64,000 nucleotides of DNA, taken from assembly GCA_038087875.1 (NCBI GenBank), contig CM075994.1, positions 2,730,001-2,794,000 of the forward strand. The letters are read 5' to 3'. Below are positions 51,801-64,000 of the stretch, one piece after another; the stretch's first letter is position 1; each line of letters starts with the position of its first letter. The stretch comes from Malacoraja senta (lineage: Eukaryota). A model generated the notes under the pieces. The model saw only the letters and a program-made list of their open reading frames with translations. It had not been told where the DNA came from and made no database searches. The translations under genes and the position numbers were made by a program.

Positions 51801-54800
51801 GTGCTCTTCAACCCCGCAGCTCGGGCGGGAGAAGTCGCCGCTGCGGAAGCCCCGAAAAGCGGTCTCCCACCAGGGACCCGCGGGCTTCTGTTGTTGCCGT
51901 CCGCCAGACCCGCGGTTGTAGCCTCCGAATCTCCGGGGGTCGGGTCGCAGCAGCGCTCCACCACAGCTCCACCCGCTCCAGACTCAGCCAGCCCCGCGAC
52001 GGTGAGTAGTCCGCAGCTCCGCAACTGGAGCCCCAGGTCGTTCCTGCTGGAGGCCGCTCCACGTTGCCCAGCCCCAACGACAAAGAAAAGGTCGGGTCTC
52101 CCGTGCAGAGGAAAGATTTTAAAGTTCCCCCCCCACCCCACCCCCACACACATACCCCGACAAAAAAATAAATAAAAACTACATAAAAACGAGACAAAAA
52201 TAATAAAAAGACAGACGGACTGCAGAGGCCGCTGCTGACGAGAGTCGCGCCGCCCACCGAAAGAGCCGCAATTGGCAATTGCATGGGCCTGTCAAAATGC
52301 CCTGCATTTATCCTTAATGCGTGTACCTTTGCTCGCTGCAAATGTTGATAATGCATTGGTCCAAACTGTACAGCTGGAAAAGAAGCAATTAATTTGCCCA
52401 GCAAGCTTGCTACCTGCCTAATTGAGGGTTGGTGCTCTGTAATGAGCTTAATACAACCTTCAATTAACTGCATCATTTTATCTTTAGGCAAAGTGACTAC
52501 CATGTGTTCTGAGTTAATGGTAAAACCCAAGTAATCAATTTCTGTGCTTGGTAATAGTTTGGATTTATGTGGGTGAATAATGAATCCCAGCCTCTCGAAA
52601 ATGAGCTTAATTCTTGACACTGATGCTTCTGTTGTAGCCAAAGTGTCTCCCACAATCAGAATATCATCCAAATAGGCCATTAGCACATGGCCCTGAGCTC
52701 TTAGTAGTGCTAAAATTGGTTTTATTAATTTTGTAAATAGTCTTGAAGCTGAAGTTAAACCATTAGGTAATGCTTTAAATTGCCATAATTAACATCCATC
52801 TAAATTTTAGGTATCTCCAATCATTACCATGCACAGCCACAGAATAATATGCATCTTGCAAATCTATGCTCGCCATATAGCATTCTTTTGAAACAAGCTG
52901 AATGGCATTTGTAAATGTCTCCATTTAAAAATGTTTATACTGTACAAAAGGGTTAAGACTTGTCAGATCTAGAATAATTCTACACCCACCATCCTGTTTT
53001 GGTCTAGGAAAAATACTTGACACAAATTGATGGTGTTGATCAACTGACTTCTCTATTACACCTTTTTTGCACAATATTTGCAGTTCTGCCTGAATCTGCG
53101 TATTCTCTACTTTCGAGAAAATACGTGTCCGGCATGAAATATGCTGAGTAGGAGGATCCAAATGTGGATAGAATTTAATTCTAAATCCCACAATACTGCA
53201 CAGTATAAACACATCATTTGTAATTTGTTGCCATTCTTTTAGGAAGAATTGTAATCTTACTCCGACTTGTGAGTGTGAAACATTTAATATGTCTCTTACC
53301 GGACCAGACCCACCTACCTCGGGGTTTGCCGATGGCAAATGTTGTCCCCTACTCTTAGTGGGGATACTGTAACCTCCACGCATCCCAGGAGCAGTGCACC
53401 AATAACGCGTATATGGGAAAGATCGACTTGTTCCTTCTCCAGCCAAAGACATCCGTCGGTAGGGATACTGCCTTCGAATTGATCTGCTAAGCACCGGTGG
53501 GTTTCATCATTCTCATGGTTTTTGCTTCTTCATTCAGGTCTTTTACCCTTTTGGCTAGATTCTCTCCAAAAAGCAGATTAGGCAATTGAATATTAGATGG
53601 CTTACAGAGCCCCGCAAACTTAGGGTGAATATTAGGTCTTATGGCACTTTTATGAATACAGTTTATTTCAAAGTGTGCACTACACATGAGTGCTAAGGCA
53701 TCCTGTTGTGAAGCAGGCACATGCTCCTCATCCAAACCTCTGGCGAAAGCCGTAATGCCTGACCCCAGTAATTTCAACACTCGTTGCAATTTCAATTCTT
53801 GTGATCGAACTCCAATGCCCAAATAGCCCCATATCACATTATTCACCGCTGGGACTGCTAGCAGAGCACAATTCTGCAGGGTTTCATATTTTTTGACAGT
53901 CTCATCCATGGTTAATTCCTGGAGCTGATGGGAGAGCAATTAATTTATAGTCATTGCTAATTCATCTCCCAAAGGTTCCCCTGTTAATCTGGGAACAGCA
54001 AACTTTTGTGCCAGACCTGGTATTTTAGGCTCTGTTATTGGGCTCTGGTCCTCATATGATTCATCATCTGAATCTTGATGTTCCCCCTCATGATGGGGGA
54101 GATCTGGCATCCCTGTTTCAGGTGATTCTAGCACTGGCTCTTCCATAGGCCTACGCATAGTAAATTCTTTACCAGATTCTCCCCGTGCGGGCTCTCCTGT
54201 AGGCCCACGCATAGGCAGCCCCTATTTCAGATGCTGCTGGCGCTGGCTCCCCTGTAGGCCAACGCTTATACTGTCTTCCTTCAGACATTGTTGGCACTGG
54301 CACTCCTATAGACCAACGCTTATACTGCCTTTTTTCTGGCATTTCTGGCACTGGCTCTCCTGTATGCCAACACATATATTGTCTTTTTTCAGACATCTCT
54401 GGCGATGGCTCTCCTTTAGGCCAACGCTGTGCCCGACCCATCCAAGGCACTCCCTGTGCTGGCTCTCCCATAGGCCAACGCGGACTATATTCCTCCTGAT
54501 GAGGTTCTTGATATATCATTTTCCCCATGAGAAATTCTAGGCTAGCGACCCTAGCAGCCATAACCTCTGACTGAGGAGGGTTAACCTCTGGGTCTGACTC
54601 CTCAGAGTCTACTGGTCGCACGGAATTTTGCCCAGCCTTGCGCCCCAATGGCGCTGTAACGGTACTTTCTACCGCATCTGGAGTTGATGGCCTCGCTGCC
54701 ACCGACTCCTCTAACGGACGCCCGCTACCCTCAAACCCGCGGTCTTCTTGAGGTTTACCTGCGGCACGTCTCCTCCCTCTACGCCCTCTCTCCATACTAA

Positions 54801-54995
54801 CTTGTGTGGAACTCCACTACAAGTCTAACGAGGAAGGCGACCAGAAAGCGAAAGTGAAAGCACTTACCTTCAGGCTTTTACTTACTCACCACTCCTCCAC
54901 ACACGGTCGCTGCGCTATGCGTCTGACGATATGCCGCGTGTGCGGCTGGACGGGCTATTCTTCACGTAGTCACTCACGTGACTCCGAAGTAAAAT
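48878..54995 (-). mobile_element. Full-length but degenerate DIRS1 tyrosine-recombinase retrotransposon
   Basis: gag-like ORFs (54795-53487), RT (RIILDL, YLDD), RNase H and DNA adenine methyltransferase-like region (IDLFASRLN, YAFPPF), tyrosine recombinase (SAQR, HSTRA, AAGW, FHKYY; to 49321). ITRs at ~48946-48982 and ~54933-54971; internal complementary region ~49097-49208. Confidence 0.95.
51423..52256 (-). mobile_element. Non-autonomous retroposon inserted in the DIRS RT/RNase H frame
   Basis: Removing it restores ...PIAALS|ELEWWIN. (TACAA)n tail at the left end. Confidence 0.8.
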
Positions 54996-56094
54996 TCTGA
55001 AGTGTATAGACACATCCTATCTGCTCAAGTTCAAACAAATTCTTCAAAACTCATTGGCCGGCGGTTTATTCTACAGCAAGACAATGATCACAAACATACT
55101 GCTAAAGCAACAAAGGAGTTTTTCAAAGCTAAAAAATGGTCAATTCTTGAGTGGCCAAGTCAATCACCCGATCTGAACCCAATTGAGCATGCCTTTTATA
55201 TGCTGAAGAGAAAACTGAAGGTGACTAGCCCCCAAAACAAGCATAAGCTAAAGATGGCTGCAATACAGGCCTGGCAGAGCATCACCAGAGAAGACACCCA
55301 GCAACTGATGATGTCCATAAATCGCAGACTTCAAGCAGTCATTGCATGCAAAGGATATGCAGCAAAATACTAAACATGACTACTTTCATTTACATGACAT
55401 TGCTGTCCCAAACATTATGGTGCCCTGAAATGGGGGGGACTATGTATAAATACTGCTGTAATTTCTACATGGTGAAACCAAAATGTACAAAAATGGCCTT
55501 TATTAAAATCTGACAATGTGCACTTTAAACACATGTGATTTTTTCTATTACAAATCTCAAATTGTGGAGTACAGAGGCAAATAAATAAATGATGGGTCTT
55601 TGTCCCAAACATTATGAAGGGCATTGTAACCCTTGTTTACCCTCTCTCTCCATCCACCCCCCTTCCTAGTTCTCCGACCAGTCTTTGACTGTCCCCCTGA
55701 TTAAAAGTTATCTCTGCATGCTTCATTGTCTACTTCTAACTAACAATGATATATTCTACATTTTCCTTGAGCTTCATCCCCTTTGATGTGTCATTTTCAC
55801 ACCTTACGCTTCCTGACCTCTGTGTCACCCTCTCCCCTGACTCTCAGTCTGAAGAAGGGTCTTCACCCATTCCTTCTATCCAGAGATGCTGCCTGTCCCG
55901 CTGGCTGAGTTACTCCAGCTTTTTGTGTCTATGTTCGGTGTAAACCAGCATCTGCAGTTCCTTCCTACCCAACACTTATCTGCCTGCACCTAACCCATAT
56001 TCCTCCATTCCCTGGATATCCATGTGCCTATCCAAGGTGAAGCTGGAAGATGGTCTGGGAAGTGATGGATGGATACAGGTGCGGGTGGGGTTGA

Positions 56095-56895
56095 TTGGCA
56101 GAAAAATGTGAGGTGTTGCATTTTGGGAAGTCTAACATAGGCTGGACCTGCACAGTGAATAGTCAGGCTCTGGGTAGTGTTGTAGAGCAGAGGGATCTAG
56201 GAGTGCAGATACATGGTTCCTTGAAGGTGGAGTCGCAGGTAAACAGGGTGGTCAAAAAGGCTTTTGGCACATTGGCCTTCATCAGTCAGAATATTGAGTA
56301 TAGAAGTTGGGCGGTCATGTTGCAGTTGTATAAGACATTGGTAAGGCCGCATTTAGAGTATTGTGTATAGTTCTGGGCACCATGTAATAGGTAAGATGTT
56401 GTCAAGCTGGAAAGGGTACAGAAAAGACTTAGGTGGATGTTGCCAGGACTAGAGGGTCTGACCTTTAGGGAGAGGTTAGGCTGGGACTCTATTCCTTGGA
56501 GCGCAGGAGGATGAGGGGTGATCTTATAGAGGTGTGTAAAATCATGAGAGGAATAGATCAGGTAGATGCACAGAGTCTCTTGCCCAGAGTAGGTGAATCG
56601 AGGACCAGAGGACATGGGTTTAAGGTGAAGGTGAAAATATTTGATAGGAATCTGAGGGGTAACCTTTACATACAAAAGTTGGTGAGTGTATAGAACAAGC
56701 TGCCAGAGGAGGTAGTTGAGGCTGGGACTATCCTAACGTTTAAAAAACAGTTAGACAGGTACATGGATAGGACAGGTTTGGAGGGATATGGACCAAACGC
56801 GGGCAGGGGAGACTCGTGTAGCTGGGAGATGTTGGCTGGTGTGGGCAAATTGGGCCGAAGTGCCTGTTTCCACACTGTATCACTCTATGACTATG
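56095..56895 (+). mobile_element. Degenerate CR1 3' fragment
   Basis: KCEVLHFG...LVRPHLEYCV, ERRRMRGDLIEV, (CTATGA)n tail. Confidence 0.88.
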
Positions 56896-57210
56896 AGATG
56901 GGAAGAGAAGTGTGAGGTAAGGACATAACAAAAAAAAAGCTAACTTTATTGTGTCAGGATTCCAAGCGCCTTTACCAATGCAGTTTGTTTGTTGTAGTGG
57001 AATTCTACTGTCTCAATAGACAATAGACAATGGACAATAGACAATAGGGGTAGGAGTAAGCCATTCGTCCCTTCGAGCCAGCACCGCCATTCACTGTGAT
57101 CATGGCTGATCATCCACAATCCGTTCCTGCCTTCTCCCCATACCCCTTGACTCTGCTATCTTTAAACAGCTCTGGGTAACATTTCTGTCATTGCAGATTT
57201 GTCGTGCAAC

Positions 57211-59415
57211 TTCTTCTTCTGTCGTGTGTCTTTTAGACCTGCAGCTCCGTTGAGGCGAGCCAGGCCAACGTGTCGTCGTCCAGGTCAATCAGACCTCGTT
57301 CACCATTCAGTGGCCGGTGTTTGGGGCAACTGGTGACTATGTGCTCCACTGTCTGTGTTGGGTCCCCACACTCGCAGGAGGCGCTGTCCACGAGGCCCCA
57401 CCTCTTCATCGCTACTCCATAGCGTCCGATGCCTGTCCTCAAGCGGTTGAGGGTTGTCCACTACTTTCGGGGCAGGTCCTGGCCAGGGACGTCCATGGGG
57501 TCATTGATGTACTGGTGTAGCCTAGATGGTTCCGCTGACTTCCACTGGTCTCTCCATCTCGTCTTGACCCAGGCAGCCTTAGAAGCGTCAGCCGGTGTTG
57601 TGCAGAGCAGCTCTTGGACTTGCGTGGCAAAGGGCTGCCGTGACTTGAGGCGCACTCGTCGTGGTGTCTCTGTGACGATCTGATGGAGGAGGTGGGATTC
57701 ACTGGTCTGTGCCTTTCGAGAGAGGGCCGGCGTGGCTGCTTCTCGTCTGATGTTGGCTGGGGCGATGCCAGCGAGGACTGGCAGTTGGTTTACTGGGGTG
57801 GCTCGTAGGCATCCGGCCTGTTGAGGGCAGCATCCAGCTTCTTGGCGTGAGGGCTACGGCACCAGACCGGGGCGCAGTACTCGGCGGCTGAGAACACCAG
57901 GGCCACAGTGGACATGCGCAGTGTCTTCGTCGTGGCTCCCCATGTGGTGCCGGCTAGGCGGCGAATCAGTGCGGCACGGGGGCTTGTCTTTGCCTTGGCA
58001 CCTTCCAGGTGTTGTTTGAATGACAACGTTCTGTCGAGCTTCACACCGAGGTACATGGGGACAGGCTGGGACCGTAACCGGGCGTTATCCACCATGACGT
58101 TCATCTCGCGGGACGCTTCCCTGTTGTTGAGGTGGAACATTGAAGATGTTGTCATACCCATGCTGAGCTTGAGGCGCCAGTTCCTCAGGTATGAAGACAG
58201 GATGTTCATGTCTTCAGAGAGGCCCTCTTCTGCTGATTCCCAGGATGGCTTACTGAGTAGGATGGCCAGGTCATCAGCATAGCCATACTTCTTTGACTGG
58301 GTTGCAGGCAGGTTATGGATGTAGATGTTGAACAGCATTGGTCGTCGTTGGGACGCCGTTCTTAAGTTTCCTCACCCTGCTGCATTTCCCGTTGCTGGTG
58401 TGTAGCCTGAAGCTGCGGTTACTCAGCATCTCCATGATGAAGCTCACCATGTGCTTGTCTGGGATGGTTTCCAGAAGCTTCATGTGTAGTCCACGCAGCC
58501 AGACAGTATCATATTCAGCTGTGAGGTCCAAGAAGACAGTACCAGCCTTCTCCCCCGCCTGGAAGCTGTCCTCTATGTTTTGGCACAGGAGGGTCACCTG
58601 GTCCGCCGCTGACCTACCGCTTCGGAAGCCAGCCTGTTCTTTAGGCAGCTGGGGGTCGATCACAGGATTGAGACGTGTGTGGGGGAGATGTTCCAGGAGC
58701 TTGTATGGAACACACAGCATTGAGATGGGTTGGTATCCCTTGGGGTCATCGCTAGGCTTGTTTGGCTTCGGTAGAGCGATCACCTTGGCACGGCGCCAGA
58801 TCTTTGGCTGCTTCAGGCAGCGGAAACACGTGGAGAGGAAGGAGCACAACCAGTCATTTGCCTTCTTGCCTTGGTGTTTTATGTCGGTGCCTGGTGCCTT
58901 GCCAGTTTTCAGCCGTCGGATGGCCTGCTCGATTTCTTGTGTTGTGAAATCGTGGGATAGGTTGGAGTCGCAGCTCGGGGCCTGTGCAGCTCGTGGACTC
59001 TCGCCAATGTTGTTCTGGTGAAGTCCTTGTCCGCGTTGGGGAAACGGCCGTTGCTGAGCAGTAGCGACGCGATGGAATTTGCAGTGATGGGACACTGTGC
59101 TGGGGTCGTCGACCTGCCCATCAGCTTATTCATGGTCTGCCACGCCTGACGGCTGGAGTATGTGAAACCAATTGATTCCACTGTCTCCGTCCATCTTTGC
59201 CTGCGTTTCTCATTTAGTCTGCAGATTAGTTCATTCGCTGCTTTGTCCCTGTCTTCGCTGGTTTGTGATTCTGTGTGGGCGCGAAGTAGGTCTTCACATT
59301 CATCATCCCAACAGGGAACATAGGCTTTACGTACACTGCGGGGGATGTTCTTCTTGGCGGCGGCCAGCAGCATCTTGCAGTATTAGTTGTAGGCATTGTT
59401 CAGGTTGGTGGGGCG
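57211..59415 (-). mobile_element. 5'-truncated Vingi/Ingi-like LINE, frameshifted
   Basis: RT (QAGFRSGRS, FLDLTAEYD, YADD), LAGTTWGA...AEYCAPVW, C-terminal CECG...HIVTSC, (GAA)n tail. 11-bp TSD TGTCGTGCAAC at 57200-57210 and 59416-59426. Clade assigned from memory of motifs. Confidence 0.8.
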
Positions 59416-59599
59416 TGTCGTGCAACAATACAACTTAAAATTATCTCTAGGACGAGGTGGTGTGTTCAGGATTCTCTACTGAGTTGCCGTTGCTGGGTGT
59501 GGCATTAGTTTGCATTATTATTTACAATATAGTAACATGATGTGGTTGAATGAATGTCTGCCCTATTTGTTTTGGAGAATTACAGAATCTTTTAATTTA

Positions 59600-60135
59600 A
59601 AGAGTCATAGAGTGATACAGTGTGGAAACAGGCCCTTTGGTCCAACTTTCCCACACTGGCCAACAATGACCCAGCTACACTAGTCCCACTTGCCTGTGCT
59701 TGGTCCATATCCTCATCGACCTCCTCTGGCAGCTTGTTCCATACAACCACCAGCCTTTGTGTGAAAAAGTTACCCCTCGGATTCCTATTCAATCTTTTCC
59801 CCTTCACCTTGAACCTATGTCCTCTGGTCCTCGATTCCCCTACTCGGGCAAGAGACTCTGTGCATCTACCCGATCTATTCCTCTCATGATTTTGTACACC
59901 TCTATAAGATCCCCCCTCATCCTCCTGCGCTCCATGGAATAGAGACCCAGCCTACTCAACCTCTGTCTGTAGCCCACACCCTCTAGTCCTGGCAACATCC
60001 TCGTAAATCTTTTCTTAACCCTTTCAAGCTTGACAATATCTTTCCTATAACATGGTGCCCAGAACTGAATACAATATTCTAAATGCGGTCTTATACAACT
60101 GCAACATGACCTCCCAACTTCTATACTCAATACTC
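59600..60135 (-). mobile_element. Degenerate CR1 3' fragment
   Basis: RPHLEYCIQFWAP...LYSMERRRMRGDLIEVYKIM. Confidence 0.88.
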
Positions 60136-61178
60136 TGACAGATGAAGTTCTCAGGTCTTGGCACTTACTTGGCCCTTATCACATGTATGTTTCTCTGCAT
60201 AAGTCAGAAGTGTTTTAGAATTGAAGGAATTTCAGCAGATTGAGGTCAATTGTCCATCACCAGCACACTAAGTGCTGGAGTAACTCAGCAGGTCAGGTAG
60301 CATCTCTGGAGAACATGGATGTGTGACCTTTCCCATCGGGAACCTTCTTGAGTCTGAAGAAGTGTCTCAACCCAAAACATCACTTATCCATGTTCTCCAG
60401 AAATGCTGCCTGACCTGCTGAGTTACTCCAGCAGACTTTAGACTTGAGAGATACAGTGTTGAAATAGGCCCTTCATCCCTCCGAGTCCGCACCGACCAGC
60501 GATCACCCCGTACACTAGCCCTATCCTACACACTAGTGACAATTTCCTTTTTTTTTTTACCAAAGCCAATTAACCAACAAACCTGCACGTCTTTGGAGTG
60601 TGGGAGGAAACCGTAGCATCTGGAGAAAACCCACAGGGTCACAGGGAGAACGTACAGACTCCGTACGGCAGCACCCGTAGTCAGGATCAAATCTGGGTGT
60701 GCACTTTCAAAGCACTTTGTGTCTTTTTGTGCACAAAGCGTTCCGCCCTGAAACATCACCTATCCATGACCTCCGGAGATGTTGTGTGACCTGCTAAGTT
60801 ACTCCAGCACTTTGTGTTGTTCCCTGTCTGTTCATCCATTACAAAACTGGCAATACATCATTGTGGATGACTGCTAAAGGACAATCTTATCTCATGAATG
60901 CTGCCTCATCTCTGAAAGCTATCTCTTTTATCTGCACGGTACTCCTGCATTCTTTCTCTCTCTCATCTCATTCCCTCTTTCTTTTTTTGTCCTTCTATGA
61001 CGTCTTTTCAATGGGTATTTAATTGATATTTGCAACCTGCAGTGGAATGAAACGTTTTGAGATAACAGTCACTCACAGAAGCTCTGTGGTTTTAGTTGGA
61101 AGAAATGGATTTGTTTAATTTTTTTTAATTCTAATTTTTCTCCATTCTAATTTTTCTCCAAAACTTATGTCTCCAAAA

Positions 61179-61180
<2 letters not shown>

Positions 61181-61259
<79 letters not shown>

Positions 61260-61262
61260 TTC
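61181..61262 (+). repeat. (TC)n microsatellite followed by a T run
   Basis: About 35 TC units, directly visible. Confidence 0.98.
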
Positions 61263-62179
61263 TAAAGATGTTATTTCTATCTTTATTTATTTATCTATGT
61301 ATTATTTTTTTATTTGCCCATTTATTCATTCATTTTTTCATCTGTTTATCCTTTTATTTATTTATTGGTTATGAATACAAAACTTTGTTGCTTTCTATTT
61401 ATTCATGGTAATAAAAAGATTACAAAGTGCTGGTGTAACTCAGCAGGTCAGTCAGCATATCTGGAGAACATGGATAGTACCGTTTTGGATTGGGATCCCT
61501 TTTCAGACCCTTCACCATCCCTCATTCATTCATGGTGTTGCCAACTCTACTTCATCATAGTGTCATCAAGGATAGTGAGAATCTGGAGGTGTGCGTTTTC
61601 ACACTTCTGTACGCCTTGCCTGAGGGAAGAAGAGGGAGTGACCAGGGTGAGACTGGTCCTTGATTATGCAGGCGAACTTGCCGAGGCTGCGGGAAGTGTA
61701 AATGGAGTCAATGGAAGGGAGGTTGGTTTGTGTGATGGTCTGGGCTGCGCCCACAACTCTCTGCAATTTCTTGCAGTCTTGGATGGAGCTATTCCCAAAC
61801 CATGCTGTGATGTTTCCTGATAAAATGCTCTCTACAGTACATCTGTAGAAGTTGGTGATGGTTGTCGGGGACATGCCAAAATTTCCAAAACCTTCTAAGG
61901 AACATGTTCCTGTCAGAGTGAAGGGTAGGAGTCTGGAAGAAGTATGGAAACCTGGATGAGAAGAGATATTGAGGCTCTGGTCCAGAAAAAAGAGGAAAAC
62001 ATCATGTGGATCGTGAATCTCTTGCGGGATACAGTGGGTGTACTTAAGAGAGAAATCTGGAGTGCAAAAGGGGGACATGAGATACTTTTGACGGAGAATC
62101 CAAGAATAAAATTTTAGATATTAATATATTACCGTATATTAAAAACAAAAGAGTTACTAGGGAGAGAAAAAAAACCTCT

Positions 62180-62590
62180 TTTGATATGCTGCATAACCAG
62201 TCGCTCAAAACACTTCATTACTATGGGTGTTAGAGCCACTGGTCGAAAGTCATTATGGCAGGCTGGGTTTGGTTTCTTCAGGACAGGGACGATGGTGGCA
62301 CTCTTAAGACAGTTGGGCACTACTGCCTGGCTGAGTGAGATGTTAAAAATGTCTGTGAAGACATCTTTCAGTTGCTCGGCGCAGTCTCTTAAAACGCATC
62401 CAGGAATGTTGTCCGGCCCTGCAGCTTTGCGTGGGTTGATGCTGGCAAAGGCCTTTTTAACTCCGGCTGCGGACAGCCTGAGCGACTGGTCACTGGGAGA
62501 TGGCAGTAGTGCACGTGTCTGGGTGGTGTTTCCAACCTCAAACCGTGCGTAGAACTCGTTCAGTTCATCTGGTAGAGAGGGATCGTTTTG
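62180..62590 (-). mobile_element. Rex1/Babar-like RT fragment
   Basis: [10 protein letters not shown]...IFNISL...IVPVLKK...[21 protein letters not shown] related 3' fragment lies at ~61580-61900. Confidence 0.75.
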
Positions 62591-64000
62591 GCATATCCGC
62601 AGCGGGGGAAGGGGGGGGGGCTTGTAGTCCGTGATGGTATGAAATCCATTCGGTTAGGAGAGGAGAGTGTAGCTTTGTGTGGGAAAACAGGACTCATGAA
62701 TTTGATTGGGTGTTTTGGGATTCTGGTGATGTGAGACAGCGGCTCTACCAGCTGCGCCACTGTGCCGCCCACCTCACCAATAACTGTCACAGTCTTTTCC
62801 CCAGGGTTGGGTGGTCTAAAACTGGAGGCCACAGGTTTGTGAGGGGAACAACTTAAAAGGGACCTTAAGGGGCACCTTGTGAGAGGGAATGGATGCGAAA
62901 GAGGGATAACAGAGAACTAGTGTGAACGGATGATCGGTGTGGAATCGGTGGGCTGAAGGGTCTGTTTCCATGCTGTATCTCTAACACTAAAACTGGAGCT
63001 ATGATCTTCATAGCTGTCTTGAGGGCACTACGAGCAAAGGAAACTCCATTGTGGACATGTGGAATATAGAGTTCTTGGCAAGAGTCTTCGCTGAGATGTT
63101 TATTGGAACTGCTGTCACAAATTTCTCACAGAACTTGCAACCTCTACTGACTGGCACCCCTGGGCTGCAGAATGTGCAGAGGGCTCGGAGGGGAGTACAG
63201 CAATGGAAGACTGCACACACAACCTATAATTACTGGCGATGGACACAAAGTGCTGGAGTAGCTAAGTGGGTCAAGCAGCATTTCTGGAAAAAAGGACGGG
63301 TGAAGTTTCGGGTTGGGATCCATCTCCAGTCTGAAGAAGTGTCCCGATCCAAAACGTCACTCGTCTTTTTTCTCCAGGGATGCTGCCTGACGCACTGAGT
63401 TACTCCAGCATGTTGTGCCTATCATTGGTATAAACCAGCATCTGCAGTTCTTTCTGAAAAAGGGTTTCGGCCCGAAACGTTGCCTATTTCCTTCGCTCCA
63501 TAGATGCTGCTGCACCCGCTGAGTTTCTCCAGCATTTTTGTGTACCTTCTGCAGTTCTTTGTTTTTGTAATTACTGGCATTGCCTTCCCAGCTCCCACCC
63601 TCTCCCCCAGGAATGCAGTGAGAATACTGCCTGCAATCTGAGATCTGATCAATGCCTGCTCTCAATTTGTTTTTTTTAGCACCACGTCTCTTGTGAAGTG
63701 GACACATTCCACAGCACTGAAACAAACAGGTGGAGCAAGAAGAATGTGGGGGAGCGGGAGGAGAGTAGGATGCAGAGATACTATTTCAGTTGAATCACAA
63801 GACAAAAAAACCAATGTACTGCAGAAGTACAAGGTGTATTTCTTTTCCCCAAAATAAACTTTTTTTATGTTCAAAAATATAAGAACTGCAAAAACTCCTC
63901 AGACATTCTCCATGTCTACATATTCAATGGTGTCATACTCAGTAGTTCAGTTTGGTTTAGTTCAGTTTAGAGATACAGCATGGAAACAGGCCCTTCTGTC

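Larger units (their letters stand above)
48842..55626 (+). mobile_element. Tc1 DNA transposon 3' part (transposase C-terminus + right TIR), split by the DIRS
   Basis: DDTTADGSSIMN (48842-48877) joins SEVYRHILSAQ...LQQDND.KH...WPSQSPDLNPIEH (54996-55373). The TIR ends CAAACATTATGAAGGGCATTG|TA. Confidence 0.9.

Noticed and set aside
63051..63398. 115-aa ORF MDMWNIEFLARVF...
   Set aside because: The second half runs into a SINE. No recognisable homology or convincing splice sites.

Overview
Vertebrate genomic DNA, very probably from a cartilaginous fish (inferred from the dominant CR1 LINE and SINE families). The only recognisable host gene is the 5' half of TCP1/CCT1 on the minus strand (exons 1-6, 15016..3184). 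It carries a perfect intronic heat-shock element, a probable H/ACA snoRNA in intron 4 and a probable U12-type intron 5. The rest is a dense nest of mobile elements. A Gmr1-type Gypsy (integrase before RT) is interrupted by a near-intact L1 ORF2 and by an endogenous retrovirus. A full-length but degenerate DIRS1 sits inside a Tc1 transposase. There are also a Vingi-like LINE, a Harbinger MITE and many CR1/SINE fragments. The standout is the provirus (29829..>36919, + strand, cut by a 200-N gap). It has a class I (epsilon/gamma-like) pol and a tRNA-Leu PBS, and it lacks CA-NC-PR and the N-terminal half of RT. Its leader holds five near-identical 205-bp units that each fold into a structured RNA. 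Its env is open, and the TM subunit aligns without gaps to filovirus (Ebola) GP2, including a cysteine-bounded internal fusion loop.
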